A DNA stretch of 64,000 bases, taken from NCBI GenBank assembly GCA_030390025.1, contig CM059432.1, positions 40,984,001 to 41,048,000 on the forward strand. The letters are read 5' to 3'. This DNA is from Squalus acanthias (taxonomy: Eukaryota). Positions 24,720 through 36,440 of the stretch are shown here, in pieces; the stretch's first letter is position 1, and the number at the start of each line of letters is the position of its first letter. Both the position numbers and the translations under genes were made by a program. The notes under the pieces were generated by a model, which saw only the letters and a list, made by a program, of their open reading frames with translations, was not told the origin of the DNA and ran no database searches.

Positions 24720-27700
24720 GGTTATTTCTGTTGTTATCTCTGGTTATCAGTTGGGAGTTGCTACTCATTTTTGATGTCAGTTTAGTGAGTCTTTGTTGTA
24801 CATTTTCTATGGCCCAGAACTGCGCGCAGTACTCCAACTGTGGTGTAACTGATGTCTTATGCAAAGTCAACATCACTTCCTTTCCTTTATTCTGCAGCCC
24901 ACCTATAACCCAGAATCCCATTTGCCTTTTTTATGGACTTTTATTCCGGCACTGGCACCTTTAAAGATCTGTGTATTTGTACCTATAGAACTCTCTGAAT
25001 CTGTCATCTTTTGTTCTTTTTCCTAAATTGAACCACTTTACATTTCTATGTATTGAACTGCATATTCCATCTGCCTGCCCCTTCTTTTAGCTTGTCTGTA
25101 TTTTCCTGCATTCTTCCTCCATGCCTTCTAATTTGATATCATCAGCAAACTTCCTCTTGTACCTATGTCCAAGTTATTTATATAAATGGAAAATAAGAGG
25201 TCCCAGCACACATTCCCGGGGTGCACAGCACTGCCCACATCCTGAAGCAGTTTGATATACAATGCCCACTGCATTCCCTTTAACTATACACTGATTTCTT
25301 CAAATTCAATTAAGGTAGTCAAGCATGATCTGCCCTTCACATATCCATGCTGACTGTCCCCGATTACAGTTTTCTGATTTATCTCTTTTTCCCTTCTTTT
25401 GAACCGGAATGTAACATTTGCCACCCTCCAGCCCTTTGGTACAATTCTAATTTCCAAAGATTTAAAGATTAGTACCTCCAACTTCTCCTCCCCAACCTCC
25501 TGGGATTCTATAGGAACATAGGAACAGGAGTAGGCCATTTAGCCCCTCGAGTCTGTTCTGCCATTCAATGAGATCATGGCTGATCTGTGACCTAACTCCA
25601 TATACCCGCCTTTGCCCCATATCCCTTAATACCTTTGGTTAGCAAAACACTATCAATCTCCGATTTAAAATTAACAGTTGACCTAGCATCAACTGCTGTT
25701 TGCAGAAGAGAGTTCCAAACTTCTTCTACCCTTTACGTGTAGAAGTGTTTCCTAACTTCACTCTTGAAAGGCCTGGTTTTAACTTTTAGGCCACGTCTCC
25801 CAGTCCTAGACTCCCCAACCAGCGGAAATAGTTTATTTCTCTCTACTCTGATCAGTACCCTTAATGTCTTAAAAACTTCGATCAAATCACCCCATTACCT
25901 TCTAAATTCCAGGGAATACAACCCTAGTTTGTGTAATCTCTCCTCGTAATTTAACCCTTTGAGTCCAAGTATCATTCTGGTAAATCTACGCCGCACTCCC
26001 TCCAAGGCCAATATATCCTTCCTCAGGTATGGTGCCCAGTACTCCAGGTGTGATCTAACCAGGGCTTTGTATAGCTGTACCATAACTTCTACCCCCTTGT
26101 ATTCTAGTCCTCCAGGTGGGTGGGTGTGCTGTGAGGTGGATGCAGAGAAACTCCAGTATGATTTGGACAGGTTGGGTGATTGGGCAGATGCATGGCAGAT
26201 GCAGTATAATGTGGATAAATGCAAGGTTATCCACTTTGGTGGCAAAAACAGGAAGGCAGATTATTATCTGAATGGCAATAGATTGGGAAAAGGGGAAGTG
26301 CAACGAGACCTGGGTGTCCTTGTGCACCAGTCGCTGAAGGTAAGCATGCAGGTGCAGCAGGCGGTTAAGAAGGCAAATGGTATGTTGGCCTTCATAGCGA
26401 GAGGATTCGAGTACAGGAGCAAGGATGTCTTGCTGCAGTTGTACAAGGCCTTGGTGAGACCACACCTTGAGTATTGTGTGCAGTTTTGGTCGCCTTATCT
26501 GAGGAAGGATGTTCTTGCCATGGAGGGAGTGCAGCGAAGATTCACCAGACTGATGCCTAGGATGGCAGGAATGACGTATGAAGAGAGATTGGGTCGATTA
26601 GGCTTATATTCGCTGAGTTTAGAAGAATGAGAGGGGATTTCATTGAAACTTATAAAATTCTAACAGGACTAGACAGACTAGATGCAGGAAGGATGTTCCC
26701 GATAGCGGGGGAGTCCAGAACCAGGGGTCACAGTCTAAGGATAAGGGGTAAGCCATTTAGGACTGAGATGAGGAGGAATTTCTTCACCCAGAGAGTGGTG
26801 AACCTGTGGAATTCTCTACCACAGAAGGCAGTTGAGGCCAATTCATTAAATATATTCAAGAAGGAGTTAGATATATTTCTTAAGGCTAAGGGGATCAAGG
26901 GATATGGGGAGAAAGAAGGGACAGGGTACTGAATTTGGATGATCAGCCATGATCGCATTGAATGGCGGAGCAGGCTCGAGGGGCCGAATGGCCAGCATTC
27001 CATTAGCCTTTTTCATTATTTTTTGTACCTGTCCAGACCCCTAAGTCTCTTTGGACCTCCACTATTTCTAGCTTTTCACCATTTAGAAAGTACTCTAAAC
27101 TAGCCTTTTTAGGTCCAAAGTGGATGTCCTCACACTTGCTAATATTGAAATCCATTTGCCACAGTTTTGCCCATTCACTTAATCTATTAATATCTCTTTG
27201 TAATTTTATGCTTCCTTCTAAACTGCTTACAATGCCACCTATCTTTGTATCATCGACAAACGTAGATATGTGGCTCTCTTATCCCATCATCTAAGTTGTT
27301 AATAAATACGGTGAATAGTTGAGGTCCCGCAGGACATCACTAGTCACATCCTGCCAATTAGAGTACCTGCCTACTATCCTTACTCTCTGTCTCCAGCCGC
27401 TCCGCCAATTTCTTAACCAGGTCAATAATTTGCCTTCAATTCCATGAGCTTCAACTTTAGCTAACAGTCTCTTATGAGGGACTTTATCGAATGCCTTCTG
27501 GAAGTCCATATAAATAACATTCATAGACATTCCCCTAGCCACTACTTTAGCCACCCCTTCAAAAAACTCAAGTATGACCTACCCTTTACAAATCCATGCT
27601 GGCTCTCTGATCATCAGGAAGTTCAGTCACTCTATCCTTAATTGTAGACTCCAGTAATTTCCCGGCAACAGATGTTAGGCTAACTGATCTATAATTCCCT

Positions 27701-28080
27701 AGTTTCCCTGTCTCACTTTTCTTAAATAGCGGAGTGACACGTGCAATTTTCCAATCTAAAGCAACAATTCCTGAATCAAGAGAACTTTGGAAGATTATAG
27801 TTAGGGCATCTGCAATGTCCTCACTTACTTCCTTTCAAACCCTGGGATGGAAACCATCTGGTCCTGGGGATTTGTCACTCTTTAGTGCCATTATTTTCTT
27901 CATTACTGTTATTTTGCTTACGTTGATTTTGGTGAGTCCCTGTCCCTGATTCAATATTAGTTTCTTTGGGACGTCTGGCATGCTATCCTCTTCCTCTTCT
28001 GTAAATACTGACGCAAAGTAATTATTTAACATGTCGCCCATTTCCTTATTTTCATTTACAATATCACCGTTATCTGAGAT
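24720..28080 (-). mobile_element. CR1 cluster: an old fragment (24720-25510) and a younger CR1 (25513-26112 and 26993-28080)
   Basis: RT-like ORFs 24643..24921, 25284..25538, 27291..27554 and 27835..28140; tail ataggaacataggaacagg at about 25510. Confidence 0.85.
26113..26992 (+). mobile_element. CR1/HER1-type 3' fragment nested antiparallel in the previous CR1
   Basis: ORFs 25959..26630 and 26627..26932 closely resemble the C-terminus of 4451..6124. Confidence 0.9.
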
Positions 28081-28773
28081 GCATACCATCTGGGTCAGAT
28101 GACTTTTCTTCTTTTGAGACCATTGCCTTTTTAAATGCACTTTCGTTCTAAATATTTATCTCCAATACTGGTTCTTCCGTATCTCCCTCAGGTATTCCTA
28201 CCATCCCACTTTCACCATCCTTGGTAACCACTGATGTGATATACTTGTTAAGCATCACTATTCTGAATCACAAGTACACAATGGCCCACTTCATCTTGAA
28301 GTGGTCTCACCCTTTATTTTAATTATTTTGGCATTTCCTCACAGACGGAGTAAAAAAAATTGAAGGAGATTTGTCAGTTGGCCATAATTGTATAAATTCT
28401 AGGGCCAGTTCAAAACCACGTTAGAAGTGGGTGTGTGAGCCGATTGTCTTAGTTGCAAGGACCGGGTAGAAGGAAAGTGTTAAGTGAAGTTGCACTTTAG
28501 GGGTAAATTAGTTGGATTAAAATCAGCCCAGTGTAATCCACAGCATATTTATACCAGAAGAGGTGCTCTTTCACCCTTGAAGCCTGAGTTTAAATGCAGT
28601 CAACAGTGATAAGATGAAGATCTCATTGCTTTGTTGGCTGTAAGTGTTAAGGTCCTACATAAAATGGATTTGAGCAATCGCAACTGAGTTTCTAATGGGT
28701 GTGGGCCATAACACAAAATTATCTCATACTTGGTACTAATGACAATCTCATTTAGAGAAGCTACAGATTGCTT

Positions 28774-29682
28774 CCCACCACCAAACACATCTTCCCCTCA
28801 CCTCCCCTTTCAGCATTCCGCAGGGACCGCTCCCTCCGCGACACCCTAGTCCACTCCTCTACCACCCCCAGCACCCCTTCCCCTTCGCCCGGCACCTTCC
28901 CGTGCGCAGGAGATGCAACACATGCCCTTACACCTCCCCTCTTCCCACTGTCCAGGGCCCCAAACACCCCTTCCAGGTGAAACAGCGATTTACTTGTACT
29001 TCCTGCAATTTAGTATACTGTATTCGCTGCTCACGATGTGGTCTCCTCTACATTGGGGAGACCAAACGCAGATTGGGTGACCGCTTTGCGGAACACCTCC
29101 GTTCAGTCCGTAAGGGGGACCCCGAGCTCCCGGTGGCCTGTCACTTTAATTCACCGCTTCACTCCCACTCTGACCTCACCGTCCTCGGCCTATTACACTG
29201 TTCCACGGAAGCGCAGCGTAAGCTCGAGGAACAGCACCTCATCTTTCGTTTAGGCACGCTACAGCCCTCTGGACTCAATATCGAGTTCAACAATTTTAGA
29301 TCATAACCTCAGCTCCAATCACATTTATATTTTATTTTTTCCACCCTTTTATTTGCCCCCCCCCCACCTTTTTTTCCCTCCTAGAAGCTGGCAGCTGTCC
29401 TTCATTCTGCCAGTGGATTTCACACTTTTTTCAGCCTTAATCTGTCACATTAACACCACCTCTAGCCTTGCATATCTCTTAATGTCTCTTAATGTCTCTT
29501 CATCTCCCCTTTGTTCTTTTATCCCCTCCCCCTTTTCCCAGCTTTACTCTGGCCTTAAATCTATTTGATTTCCGGCTCTTCACAGTTCTGACGAAAGGTC
29601 ATCGACCTGAAACGTTAACTCTCTTTCTCTCTCCACGGATGCTGCCTGGCCTGCTGAGTTTTTCCAGCGTTTTCTGTTGTTA
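28774..29682 (+). mobile_element. Penelope-like retroelement, 5'-truncated (GIY-YIG endonuclease and terminal region)
   Basis: ORF 28902..29306 (NLVYCIRC..C...YIGETKRRLGDRFAEH...GLN); 13-bp direct repeat CTACAGATTGCTT at 28761-28773 and 29683-29695. Confidence 0.93.
29584..29620 (+). ncRNA. Minimal type-I hammerhead ribozyme motif of a Penelope-like element
   Basis: AGUU-CUGACGA-A-AGGUC(auc)GACCU-GAAA-CG-UU-AACU. Confidence 0.75.
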
Positions 29683-30124
29683 CTACAGATTGCTTGGTGT
29701 GGGAAATACAAATGTCTGACTGGAACAGTAGTAGAGATTGTGCCTGTTGGCTGTGCCTGATGTGGTCACTAGGTGATTAAAATGTGAATGCATTCCATTC
29801 CCTAGTGCTAATACCTTGTGCTTTCAGGAGATGAAAAATATATAAAACTTGTTTTTAACATTATAATTTGATATAAAATTATGATTTATCCAGAGGGGGA
29901 CAGTTCTGATGGATGAGGTTGTTATGGAAATCAGTCTTTTACAGAAGTATATATTAATTATCTTAACCTCAACTTTGAATATAGTTATCTAATGAAAAAT
30001 ATAACTAAAGTATACTTTTTCTGTAAAATTCAGGATAAATTTTATTTATACTTGTGATGATATGTGTAACATATGTAGACTCATTTTTAAATTTTCTATG
30101 ATCTATTTCTGAACTTTATTTTAG

Positions 30125-30450
30125 TGGAAAATCTGAATATATAGAGCCTGCTAAACGAGCCCATATAGTGCCGCCTCCCCGAGGTCGAGGCAGAGGGGGA
30201 TTTGGGTCAAATTGTAGACCTCATGATATATTTCGGCAACGGAAGCAAAATACAAGCAGACCACCCTCAATGCATGTGGACGATTTTGTAGCAGCAGAAT
30301 GCAAAGACGTTCCCTCCTCTGGCCCACCCCCAGCAAAAAGGACAAATAAAGGACCTCAGAAAGCCCCTCGTGGTGGATTTTCTGGAAATAGAGGAGCACG
30401 AGGTGTCTTTCACAGTCAAAACCGTTTCTTTTCTCCACCTGCTCCCAAAG
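30125..30450 (+). CDS. VIRMA: VIRMA coding exon
   Basis: ag|TGGA...AAAG|gtttgt, 326 nt (phase 2-1); GKSEYIEPAKRAHIVPPPRGRGRGG...HDIFRQRKQNTSRPPSMHVDDFVAAE. Confidence 0.98.
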
Positions 30451-30554
30451 GTTTGTTAATATTTACCATAGATAATTCCCATGTCATTTAGTGTGATACT
30501 GAACAAATTGAAATAATTTGGTTATTTGCATTTTATTTATTAAATTCATTTACT

Positions 30555-32020
30555 GCTTCAGCAAAAGCCATCTTCAATAGCTCAAGAGTCAGGGATAATT
30601 CCCTTAGATTGTAAGGTAGCTCATGTAGTTCCAAGGGGACAAATCAGAGCCAGGGAACTACAGGCCCATCAGCCTGACATCCATCATTGGGAAGATGCTT
30701 GAAGGGATCCTAAGAGATGACCTTTATGATCACTGGGAAAGAGAAGGGGCCATTAGACACACTCAACACGGCTTCCAGAAAAGAAGGTTGAGTCTTACAA
30801 ACTTGATTTGAGTTTTTTTGAAGAAGTTACTCGGTTCGTGAATGAGGGTAATCAGGTTGACATTATCTACCTGGACTTACAGAAAACCTTTGATAAGCTA
30901 CCTCACACTAGGTTACTTCACGGGATAGAACCTTGTGGTATCTGTGGGAATTTGATATGCTGGATTAGGAATTGGCTCCAATTCCACAGCCAAAATGTTC
31001 AAGTCAACGGTTGTGGATCAGCCTGGAGGCAGGTTAGTAGTGGTATCCCCCAGGGAGCGGTGTTAGGCCCGCTACTTTGCACTGTTTTATATTAATGACT
31101 TGGACAGTGGTGTTAGGGATATGATCAGTATGTTTACAAATGATAAAATTTGTTCAAGGGTTAAGACAGTAGAAGAGTATAATCTAATGCAGAGATTTAG
31201 ATGCACTAGGGGAATGGGCCAAACAATGGCAAATTACATTTAAACTCGATAAATGTAGTGTCATGCATGTAGGTAGGACCAACACAGAATACATTTACAG
31301 AATGATACTGAAGGAGTTGCAAGAGAAAAGCATCTGGGTTCACGACCAATGCAGAGAAGCTGTAGCCAAAACAAAATAGGGTATTGGGTTGTATTAATAC
31401 AATCCTTCAGTACAAATCGAAGGACACCATTCTGTCATTATACAGGTCATTGGTTAGACCGCATCGGGAGTACTGTGTCCAGTTCTGGACCCCACACTTG
31501 GTGGGTGATATAGTAGCCTTGGAAAAGGTTCAGAAGAGGGTTACGAGAATGATTTCTAACTTAAAGAACCGTAGTTACTCAGAGGCTTAAAAAGCTGGGT
31601 CTGTTACTTTAGAGCAGCATAGACTTATAGCCGACTTAATATAGGTATATAAAATAATGAAAGGGTCTGATTGTGTGCCTATTTATAGATTATTTCAGTT
31701 TGACAGATTAGGGAGGACCAGGGACATGCATTTAAACTACACAAAAGTAGGAATAGGCTAGATGTTAGGTGCTTCTTCTTTCTGAGTAGTGAGCCTCTGG
31801 AATGCATTGCCGGCTTGTGCGGTGGGTACCGATTCTCTGAATGCGTTCGAGAGAGCTGGACCAGTTCTTGGCTGGGGCAAAATCACATGATATAGAAGGT
31901 AAGTGGATTAACAGTTAACATACGCATGGTCAATGTGATCTCCTGGACTGGTTTTGATTGCCCAAGAGAGTCAGAGAGGAATTTACCAGTTTGGTTTTCC
32001 TCATTGGCCCTGGTTTAGCA
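30555..32020 (+). mobile_element. Old CR1 LINE fragment
   Basis: Degenerate RT ORFs 30808..31095 and 31384..31590. Confidence 0.85.
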
Positions 32021-32169
32021 CACACTTGTCATAGTCCCATCCCGTTCTTGAATAATTTAGTTCTTTCAGTGCCTACAGATGTGCTCTGAAAAGGTTTCTA
32101 GCATACAGATAATTTTTCCAAAATGCAAAACTCATGGTAATTTTGTTCCTACTCTGAACCAATGTAAAC

Positions 32170-33612
32170 AGTTCCCTCCCTTCAGATACTGCTCCCCTCT
32201 AATGTTCCCTTTAAGCTGCGCGGATGTGCAGCCAGTGGGCCAGCTTTTAAATTGAAAAAACCGCGCATGCGCGGACTTTTGAATGGGCCGTGCGGCCCCA
32301 AAAAAATTACAGGGAACATTGCTCCCCTCCCTTTCAAATCTGCCGTCATCACCCTCTTCCTCAGAAAAAACACTCTTGACTCCTCCGTCCTTGCAAACAA
32401 CTATCCAATCTTGCTCTCCTCTCCAAAGCCCTTGAACGTGTTGTTGCTTCCCAAATATGTGTCAATCTTTCCCGAATCTCCATGTTTGAAGCTCTCCAAT
32501 TAGGTTTCCGCTCCTGCCATAGCACTGAAATGGCACTAATCAAAGTCACAAATGACATCCTCTTTGACTGTGACTATGGTGTACTATCCCACCTAATTCT
32601 TCTCAACCTCTCTACAAGCTGTGACACAGTTGACCACGCCATCCTCTTCCAACAACTCTCTTCCATTGTCCAGCTGAGTGGGACTTCCCTCACCTGGTTT
32701 CACTCTTAACTATCCAATTATAGCCAAAGAATTTCCTGCATTGGGTTCTCTTTGCAGCCCTGCACTTTTACCTCTGGAGTCCTCCAAGAATTTATCCTTG
32801 GCCCCCTCCTATTTCTCATCTACATGCTGCCTCTCGGCGACGTCATCCGAAGTCATGATGCCAGGTTCCATATGTATGCTGACGACACCCTGCTCTTCGT
32901 CACCACCATCTCTCTACCCCTCCACTGCCTCTGTGTTGTCAGACTGCTTGTCTGACATCTAGTCTTTGATGAGCCACATTTTCCTCCAATTAAACATTGG
33001 GAAGATTGAAGCATTGCTTGCAGCCCCGCCACAAACTCCGTTCCCTCGCCAACGATTCCATCCCCCCTGCCTGTCCACTGCCTGAGACTAAAACAGACTG
33101 TTTGCATCCTTGGCATTCTATTTGACTCTGAGCTGAGCTGATCCCATATCCTTTCCATCACAAAGACTGCCTACTTCCACCTCCGTAACATCACCCGTCT
33201 CTGCCCCTACCTCAATTTATCTGCTGCTGAAACCCTCATCCATGCTTTTGTTACTTCCAGACTCGACTATTCCAATGTTCTCCTGGCCAGTCTACCATCC
33301 TCCACCCTTCATAAACTTCAGCTCATCCAAAGCTCTGCTGCTCGTATCCTAACCCGCACCAAGTCCCGCTCACCCATCACCCCGTGCTTGCTGACCTACA
33401 TTGGCTCCCGGTCCACCAACGCCTCGATTTTACAGTTCTCACCCTCGTGTTCAAATCCTTCCATGGCCGCACCCCTCCCTATCTCTGTAACCTCCTCCAG
33501 CCCTACAACTATCCGTGAACTCTGCATTCCTTCAAATCTGGCCTCTTGTACATCTTCCACTCCCTCTGCCCCACCATTGGCGGCTGTGCCTTCAGCTGTA
33601 TAGGTCCTGAAT
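32170..33612 (+). mobile_element. L2 LINE fragment
   Basis: Collinear with 1-1270; ORFs 32482..32709 and 32752..32955 (YADD). Confidence 0.88.
32200..32321. mobile_element. 122-bp hAT-type MITE inserted in L2
   Basis: TIRs (t)AATGTTCCCTtTAA / TTAcAGGGAACATTG; 8-bp TSD CTCCCCTC at 32192-32199 and 32322-32329. Confidence 0.85.
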
Positions 33613-34112
33613 GCTTTTTGGTTTGTTTGTACGTGCACAATGTTCTGATGTAAATAGGAAAGTGAGAGTATTCATTTTCATCACAGTGGCACTGTAATGC
33701 TGTTGTGATGAAACTTGAATCCTCTCCCTTTCCTTCAGATGATGTACCTTTTTCATGGAGCTTGTACATATACATATCCAAATTCTCTTGTTCTGTCACA
33801 TTTAAAAAAAAACAAATACTATTAAGGGAAGATGAAATTCAACAGTATTTTATAAAATTTGTGTCATTTTTATTTATACCAACAATCCAAAGCAGTATAG
33901 AGTGGCAATTATAAACATATGCTGAATAAATACTTATTGTGACTTACTCCTGAGCTGTGCCTGTGTTTTTGCTCTGGGAATTGTAATATCTTGTTTCAAC
34001 GAGAATGTGAAATAGTGCACAATGTAAGGGAGGAGTGAATTAGAAGTAAGACATAGCAACCAGGTGTGGTTGGTGGTACTTTTTATTAATCTTTTTCTTT
34101 TTCTCTTTGTAG

Positions 34113-34172
34113 AAGATCTACCTTTTATTCCAGGTCATGCAGTTGGACTCCTGCATCCTAGCACTAGAAATC
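34113..34172 (+). CDS. VIRMA: Candidate alternative in-frame VIRMA cassette exon (60 nt; 57- and 39-nt variants possible)
   Basis: Long pyrimidine tract with TAG acceptor, GTAAGT donor, symmetric phase 1-1, open in the VIRMA frame. Confidence 0.6.
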
Positions 34173-34329
34173 GTAAGTAATTTGTTGTCTCTGTGTCTGT
34201 GTATATATATATTAATTCACATAGACAGTAGAAAGAATTTATAATGCATAATCTGTTATGATCATTGTACACTTGATCACAGTTGAATTTATCTGAAATA
34301 ATATTTGGGCAGTAAGTATCTCTCCTTGT

Positions 34330-34670
34330 AATGGGTTTTTGGTTGTGATTGCTCATACACCATATTCCATCCATGATGGTTATTGGCACAAAGGGGCTTG
34401 AATCCATCCCAGATTAATGGGATTAAATTTGGCTCTAAACTGGCAATCTTAATCAGAGAGGCTCCAAGGATGACTGGTGTGGGAAATGAAAATTACAGTG
34501 GTGTAGTTGGGTGTACTTTTCTAAGATTGAGGCAGAGTAGAGGGAACTTAACTCTGCAGCTGGCTGTGTTAGACCTGGCCCAAGGGTGCTGAGGTGGTAG
34601 ATACTGACACCAGATGCCTGAAATATTAGTGTTCCAAGCACCGGCATTAAATTAAGCACAAAAATTCATC
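34330..34670 (+). repeat. Ancient SINE-like repeat, possibly LF-SINE related
   Basis: tggcaatcttaatcagagaggctccaagga...agcacaaaaattc resembles LF-SINE motifs as I recall them; a related 3' part lies at about 2900-3070. Confidence 0.4.
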
Positions 34671-36129
34671 AAAACAAAATCATTCATGGGCATTAGCTGA
34701 CTACACATTACAGCTCCAGTGTAAACATCTTTCCTCTGGTCTAATTGTTCAAGTTACACAACCTGGATAGAACAGTAGAACACTGCAAGTTGACCACTTT
34801 GCTAAATTGACATTTTTTTATAAATTCCATTTTAAAATCAATATGCAAATCATCTTACTAACTCAACAGCTGGTTATTCAGGAAGTTGATGACTTTAGTC
34901 CTAAGCTGCATTTTTAACTGCTCTAAGTTAAAAGGTAGATAGGTATTTTAAATTGTACCTCAGTAGAAATCAGCTGTTATGGATTCTGGATCTGAAACAC
35001 TTACATTGAAGAGTATTATTGTATTTAAGTCTAAACCTGGTTAACTGGAGGAGTAAATAAGGTCTCATTCATATGGAATTGCCCTCAATTTTTACTTCTT
35101 ACATTGAGAAGCCATGCTACAGATGATCCTCCTGGCATGATCCAAATGTACATGTGGAGAATAAGAAATGTGTTCATAAATTGAAAAGATTTCTACTGAT
35201 GATCAATTTTAAATTTATTTTTTAATTTCCAAGTATTCACCAGGCTGGGTGGGAATTTCATGAGTAAAGTTATTCAGCGTAATTAATTTGCTCCATTGTT
35301 TACTTCAGTGTTCAGGACCCGAATGAACTGTATTCATCCTCCTCTCAAAATCTTTCTGTCTAGGGAGAACCGAGTTAGTTCCCTTAGCTTGTTGCACATT
35401 GAGTTAAGATTTAATACAGTAGTTAACCTTCTGAACAGTGCACAATACTCCCAAATGTGGTCTTTCTGTTAGTCATCTCAATTTTGCAAAATAATACTAT
35501 AATACATCCCGTGTAATATTTGCAAACACTTTTCTTTCAAATAATTTTAAGCTTACTTGGCCTGAAGATTTTTTGAGATCACTGCTCTGTCCTTTCTTGA
35601 AAATGAAATAGTATTTGCTTTTACATGTTCTCTGAACTATCAGTATTTCTTGGCATGCTTCCACAATGTTTCCTCACCCAGTGCTTTTCAAAATTCTGGA
35701 TGAATGCAGTCTGGCCATTAAAAAAAAGTTCTCCATTTTCTTCCCCTTTTTGTCTTGTAACATGATTCATTTGTGTCAGCAGCCCTCCACTACCTCGCCC
35801 AAGTGGGCATTCTTCCTATTTGAACTCTGGGAACATTAGCAGTCTATTATACCATGGGTATGTCACAGACAAACCCAGTCTGGTCCTTAAATAATGCTCA
35901 CACAGGCACTTTCCTGTAAAGTTCACAAGACACCAATCAGGAGCAAGATTCTTAGCTGATTTTTCATCTCGCCGGTGCATGGCTGCTGAGACCATTCATA
36001 GCCTCTACCACCACCCTGGCTGAGATCAGCTAATTCTGTATGGACAAGGAATCGAACTTGGAACTTTTTGACTTCGTACCTAACCATTGGTGCATTTATC
36101 TATTAAGCCATTAGAAAGGACATTAAAGC

Positions 36130-36440
36130 CATAGTGTATTTCACTAGAATTCTACCAGGGATGAGAAACTATATGAGGAGAGACTTGAGATACTGGGATT
36201 ATTTCCACTGGAGCAGAGAAGACTAATATATTTGATCAGGCTTTTTTTAAATTATGAAGTGTTCTGATAGAGTGACTAGGGAAAGACTATGTCCTCTAGT
36301 TGTGAAGTCAGTGACAAGGGGTCACCAATTTAAAATTGTCACCGAGAGGGGTTAGGAGATTTTTTTTTTTTAACAGAGGATTGGTCAAGCATAGAATACT
36401 TTGCCACAGGGAGTGCTTGAGACAGAGTCTAGATGCAGGG
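36130..36440 (+). mobile_element. Old CR1 3' fragment
   Basis: ttcactagaattctaccagggatgag...ggagcagagaagact...acaaggggtcac. Confidence 0.7.

Noticed and set aside
25959..26630. 223-aa ORF suggesting a novel fusion protein
   Set aside because: It is a chance read-through from an antisense CR1 into a nested sense CR1.
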